Origin: Octopus sinensis
Taxonomy: Eukaryota
Reading direction: 5' to 3'
Assembly (NCBI RefSeq): GCF_006345805.1
Contig: NW_021836678.1
Span: 1-23,348, forward strand
Length of the DNA stretch: 23,348 bases
Part shown: piece after piece, positions 19,770 to 23,348 of the stretch
Layout: every line of letters starts with the position of its first letter
How positions within the stretch are numbered: the first letter of the stretch is position 1
Program-made: the position numbers and the translations under genes
Notes under the pieces: generated by a model
The model's input: only the letters and a program-made list of their open reading frames with translations
What the model was told of the DNA's origin: nothing
Database searches by the model: none

Positions 19770-20215
19770 TGCTCAAAGCAGCTGGACAAGACCAAAGGCG
19801 CCAAACTCTTCATTAATAGCGTCCTACCTATGCTCTTATGGGTAAGTAAGACAGAATCTACTTCAAAAAGAGAAGAATGTCGATTAGAAGCAATAGCGCA
19901 AAGGGCCACAGAAAGTTCCATGCTAAGAATACCATTACAAGAACATATCCGAAGTTAATTCGAGAACGGAGCCAAATGAATGAGGGGATCAGAAAATAAA
20001 CACAAATTCCGCTGGTTCGAACATGTTGAAAAGTTCACAGACAATAGGTGGACCCGTGTAGCAATTGAGTCATATCCAAGAGATCGGAAAATCCAACTCG
20101 GAAAGGCATCCATGACGTTGGTAAGATGATTTAGTCAAGCAGTTTGAACCAAGATGGAAAAGACTGGCGTAATCATGGAAGAGTATTGTGACCAGCGATG
20201 TATAACGACATCCGA
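19770..20215 (+). mobile_element. RTE-clade LINE 3' fragment (RT C-terminus pseudogene)
   Basis: Across frames: KLFINSVLPMLL, QRATESSMLRIPLQEHIRS, KFRWFEHVEKFTDNRWTRVAIESYPRDRK and RW*DDL, matching the RTE pattern RWAGHV.R..DNRWT..W.PR..KR..GRP..RW.D. Confidence 0.85.
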
Positions 20216-20232
20216 TAGTCTATTCGATACAA

Positions 20233-20255
20233 CTCTCTCTCTCTCTTCTCTCTCA

Positions 20256-20289
<34 letters not shown>

Positions 20290-20290
20290 A

Positions 20291-20346
<56 letters not shown>
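20233..20346. repeat. (CT)n(TA)n(TG)n compound microsatellite
   Basis: Read directly from the sequence. Confidence 0.95.
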
Positions 20347-20575
20347 ATTTATATAACGCGATATAGGTATAGTAAATTATTTTAAAGGCATATTTTACGA
20401 AGTGCAAACATTATATGATATAGAAACGCGGCAAGCAACGTAGAGTGGACAAATATGTTTAGGATATCAAAAGTTGATGGTGTACTCAGATTTATAACCT
20501 AGGTCTGGCTCTTCACGACTGTCAGGAACATCTCTTTAGGCTCAAAACTCTACGTAGCGGGCTACACATTCATAA

Positions 20576-20672
20576 ATACATACATACATACATACATACA
20601 TACACACACATACATACACACATACACGCACACACACTCACTCACACAAACACATATGTATATACATATATA
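20576..20672. repeat. (TACA)n/(CA)n microsatellite
   Basis: Read directly from the sequence. Confidence 0.95.
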
Positions 20673-20702
20673 TTCTAAACTTTATTGACAATAAAATATA
20701 CC

Positions 20703-20741
20703 TTACTGAGGAGTTTCAATATGGCCGAAACATATCTTTAA
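20703..20741 (+). ncRNA. Degenerate minimal hammerhead-like motif
   Basis: UUA-CUGAGGA-G..C-GAA-ACAUAUCU-U-UAA. Both core boxes and the G-C closing pair are present, but stems II and III are damaged. Confidence 0.35.
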
Positions 20742-21147
20742 ATATAAAGTTCATTTCAATCTCCATCGTGTATATTGTGCATCAGTTTCGTTCAACCGAT
20801 CTTAATGGATTCATTTCTCTTGCCTGGTTTTGTTCACACAAATTTTAATCTTCCTCTGAAGGGAATTTTGTCAATTAATTGTTTTAATGAGCTAAGTTTA
20901 TGGAAGAATACTCACTTTATGTAAAACCTTATCTTAAACAAAGGCGATATGAAATAAAGAAATGCTAGAAATAACCACGAAGGTTGGTCGTGGCTGGAAT
21001 GGTGTTTGATTATGATGCAACTTCACCAGCGCAAACTTGAGAACAAGAGAATAACAACCACAGTAACAAGAACGAGAATAATAAAGAACAATAAACAAGA
21101 GAAAGTCAAAAACAAAGAAACAAATATACAGACTGACAAAGCGGTCT

Positions 21148-21195
21148 ATTGTAGTTGTTGTTGTCGTCGTCGTCGTCGTTGGCGTTGTTGTTGTT
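21148..21195. repeat. (TTG)n/(TCG)n trinucleotide repeat
   Basis: Read directly from the sequence. Confidence 0.9.
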
Positions 21196-21579
21196 ATATA
21201 GATGTATGTTAAATAATGAAGAGTATTGTAGAACTGTGCTGAGAATATATTATTGTCATAATTGAATAAGAAACGATTTCTTTTCACACTTCACCAACAC
21301 ACGCTCCTCCTCCTCCTTTTCATCCCCCACTTCGTCTCCCTTCTTCTCCTTCTTCGTTCCTCTTCTTCTTAATGTTGATTGCGGTTTTTGTTTGTATTTT
21401 CATCGATGGTTGTTCCGACATATTTGAAAGAATAGCTTTTAACACTTGCCAAATACGTGCCGTCAATTTACAAGTTGCTCGGATAAGAAAGACAACGTTT
21501 GCGGCGACAAAATCTTATTCAGTAGGTGTGTGTCTGTCTGTGTGTCTGTGCACGTCTATGTCGGTGTGTATGTCTTCAT

Positions 21580-21710
21580 TACTCTCGTTCTCTGTCTCTC
21601 TTCTCATCTTCTCTCTGTTTCTTACCCTTATTCTCTTTCATTCCATCTTTCTCTTTCTCCCTCCCCCCCTCCCTCTCTCTCTCTCTCTCTCTCTGGCCTT
21701 CTTTCTATCT
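21580..21710. repeat. CT-rich tract and (CT)n
   Basis: Read directly from the sequence. Confidence 0.9.
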
Positions 21711-21954
21711 CAGTAAGACTGTGTCTCAGAAGAGGTTGTAGATAGAAAGTGATTTCTTCTGAGAACATTACGTTGTGGGTATGGGCCAATGTGTTATCGA
21801 TAAGCACTAGAAATATACGTATGTATGTATGCATACATGTATGTGTGTATGTATATGTATATAAGTGTATGTGTGTGTGTATGTCAGAAATAGACGCAGT
21901 AACTTCATTTTATTAATTCATTTACTAATGGCATTTATACATACCAACATAAAT

Positions 21955-22850
21955 GGTATCAACATGTTCCTGGAATTGTTATGTTTAATAAAAAAAAAAA
22001 CAACTTATTTACCGATGTTTTAACATCGTCTTCTTCAAAATAGTCACCTTACGCAGCAATACACTTGTTCCAGTCTTCTAGCCACTTTTGGAATCTGGCC
22101 TCGAAGTCGTCTTCTGTAAGCAAGTTGAAGACCTGCGATTCGCCCTGGATCTCGATAACGGGGTTAAAACTGTGACCTTCATGCTGCATTTTCCTCTTAA
22201 GGAAGAGATGGAAGTCCTCAGGTGCTAAATTTTGAGAATACGGCGGTTACGGAAGCGATACCATGCTGTTTTTGGCGAGAAAGTGACGAATAAGGAGAGC
22301 TCGGTGACAGGGTTCATTGTGGACGTGAAGAATTCAATTCTTCGCCCTCCACAGATCCAGACGCTTTTGCCAAATGTCTTCCCTCCTCAAACGCTTCAAA
22401 ACGTTGTTGATTGTCCTCCGATGAGCTTTAGGCACAAGCTTATGATTCTTCTCCAAATTTTCGGGGGTGACGGTCGTGGCAGTCCTAGATTGCTCATCGT
22501 CTTCCAGGGATGTTCTTCGGCTTTTGAAGCGCCCGTGCCACCCGAAACGTTGCGTGCGCCCCACTGCCACGTCGCCGTAAGCTTACCGAAGCATGCTCAA
22601 TGCCTCTGTAGCAAATTTCTTAAGTTTAATGCAAAATTTCACGTTGGCTCTTTGTTCCAACTTCCTGTCCATGACAAAAATCGCAGACTACAGCATACAC
22701 GTGATCTCAAGAACACAAATTTTGCAACCTGTGAAGTAAACGCAGCTATGTCACTCTGTACATTGCCTGATGGAGGTCACGGCTAGCACTCACTACACGC
22801 GCAACCGTGTACTGCTATCTGTTGGCATGTCTAAACACTGACAGAATTAC
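21955..22850 (-). mobile_element. Third mariner element, internally deleted, from a different subfamily
   Basis: From the ATG at 22672: MDRKLEQRANVKFCIKL..AYGD, WHGRFKSRRTSLEDD, RRTI, then VLKRLR.., ILHVHNEPCH, PPYSQNLAPEDFHLF and FQKWLEDWNKCIAA*GDYFE. TIRs were not resolved, so outer boundaries are approximate. Confidence 0.88.
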
Positions 22851-23151
22851 CAAGGGTTATTTTCCTCAACCTCCAGTTTTCATTTTGGTTATGGAAGCAA
22901 CAGAGCGGCTCAACAGTATCATGGCAGCAACACAACAGTTTACTCAGCGCTGTAATAACTTAGATCCTGCACTTTTACAGCTGGTAATTCTTACAACTTC
23001 ATAACCTTCGTTTGCATCAACGAAACATTGCTCAATTTTCTTGACTGGAAACATTTCATTACTTCCTAGCTTGGGTTTACTAAGAGCACGTGTTAGTTTG
23101 GTTATAATATCATACATGTATGCTCACTTTAGACACCTTCATCTTCTGCAG

Positions 23152-23193
23152 ATCCCTTTCTTGACCACAGGTTTATTGTAGAAATGCATTACG
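23152..23193 (+). other. Candidate 42-nt symmetric micro-exon
   Basis: Branch-like CTCAC (23123-23127), acceptor ccttcatcttctgcAG and donor ACG/GTAAGG. The phase 1-1 frame xPFLDHRFIVEMHYx is open. Confidence 0.3.
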
Positions 23194-23348
23194 GTAAGGA
23201 CTTTTCTTACGTCCAGAATCACTTGCATGTACACGCTTCTACACACGCATATATATACACTTACACGAAAACATTTACATACGCCATCTGCAGACTCACT
23301 TGTATATACATGCTTCTACATCGGCAAACATACGTCCTTAGATGCAAC

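Noticed and set aside
21724-21764. 10-bp inverted repeat TCTCAGAAGA/TCTTCTGAGA
   Set aside because: Isolated and short; plausible by chance in 23 kb of low-complexity DNA.
22232-22786. 184-aa + strand ORF
   Set aside because: It is the antisense shadow of the minus-strand mariner transposase.

Overview
This is AT-rich, microsatellite-dense eukaryotic non-coding DNA. The SINE families resemble those I recall from Octopus (coleoid cephalopod) genomes; this is recognition from memory, not a database result. I found no intact protein-coding gene, and nearly all ORFs in the supplied track are translations of simple repeats or transposon debris. The window contains three decayed mariner transposons, one decayed R4/Dong-type (RLE) non-LTR retrotransposon, an RTE LINE fragment, a possible CR1/L2-like remnant, about a dozen copies of three tRNA-derived SINE families, a solo Tc1/mariner end and a Helitron-like fragment. 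The best non-obvious signal is a near-complete type I hammerhead ribozyme fold on the minus strand at 3628-3706, with two more degenerate hammerhead-like cores at about 7.5 kb and 20.7 kb. These are of the kind known from Penelope-like elements. Also notable are a 97-nt near-perfect hairpin (3774-3870), a structured leader before the R4 element, several fold-back palindromes, and three + strand segments with good splice signals that hint the window lies inside a long transcript. I cannot support a wholly new multi-gene system.
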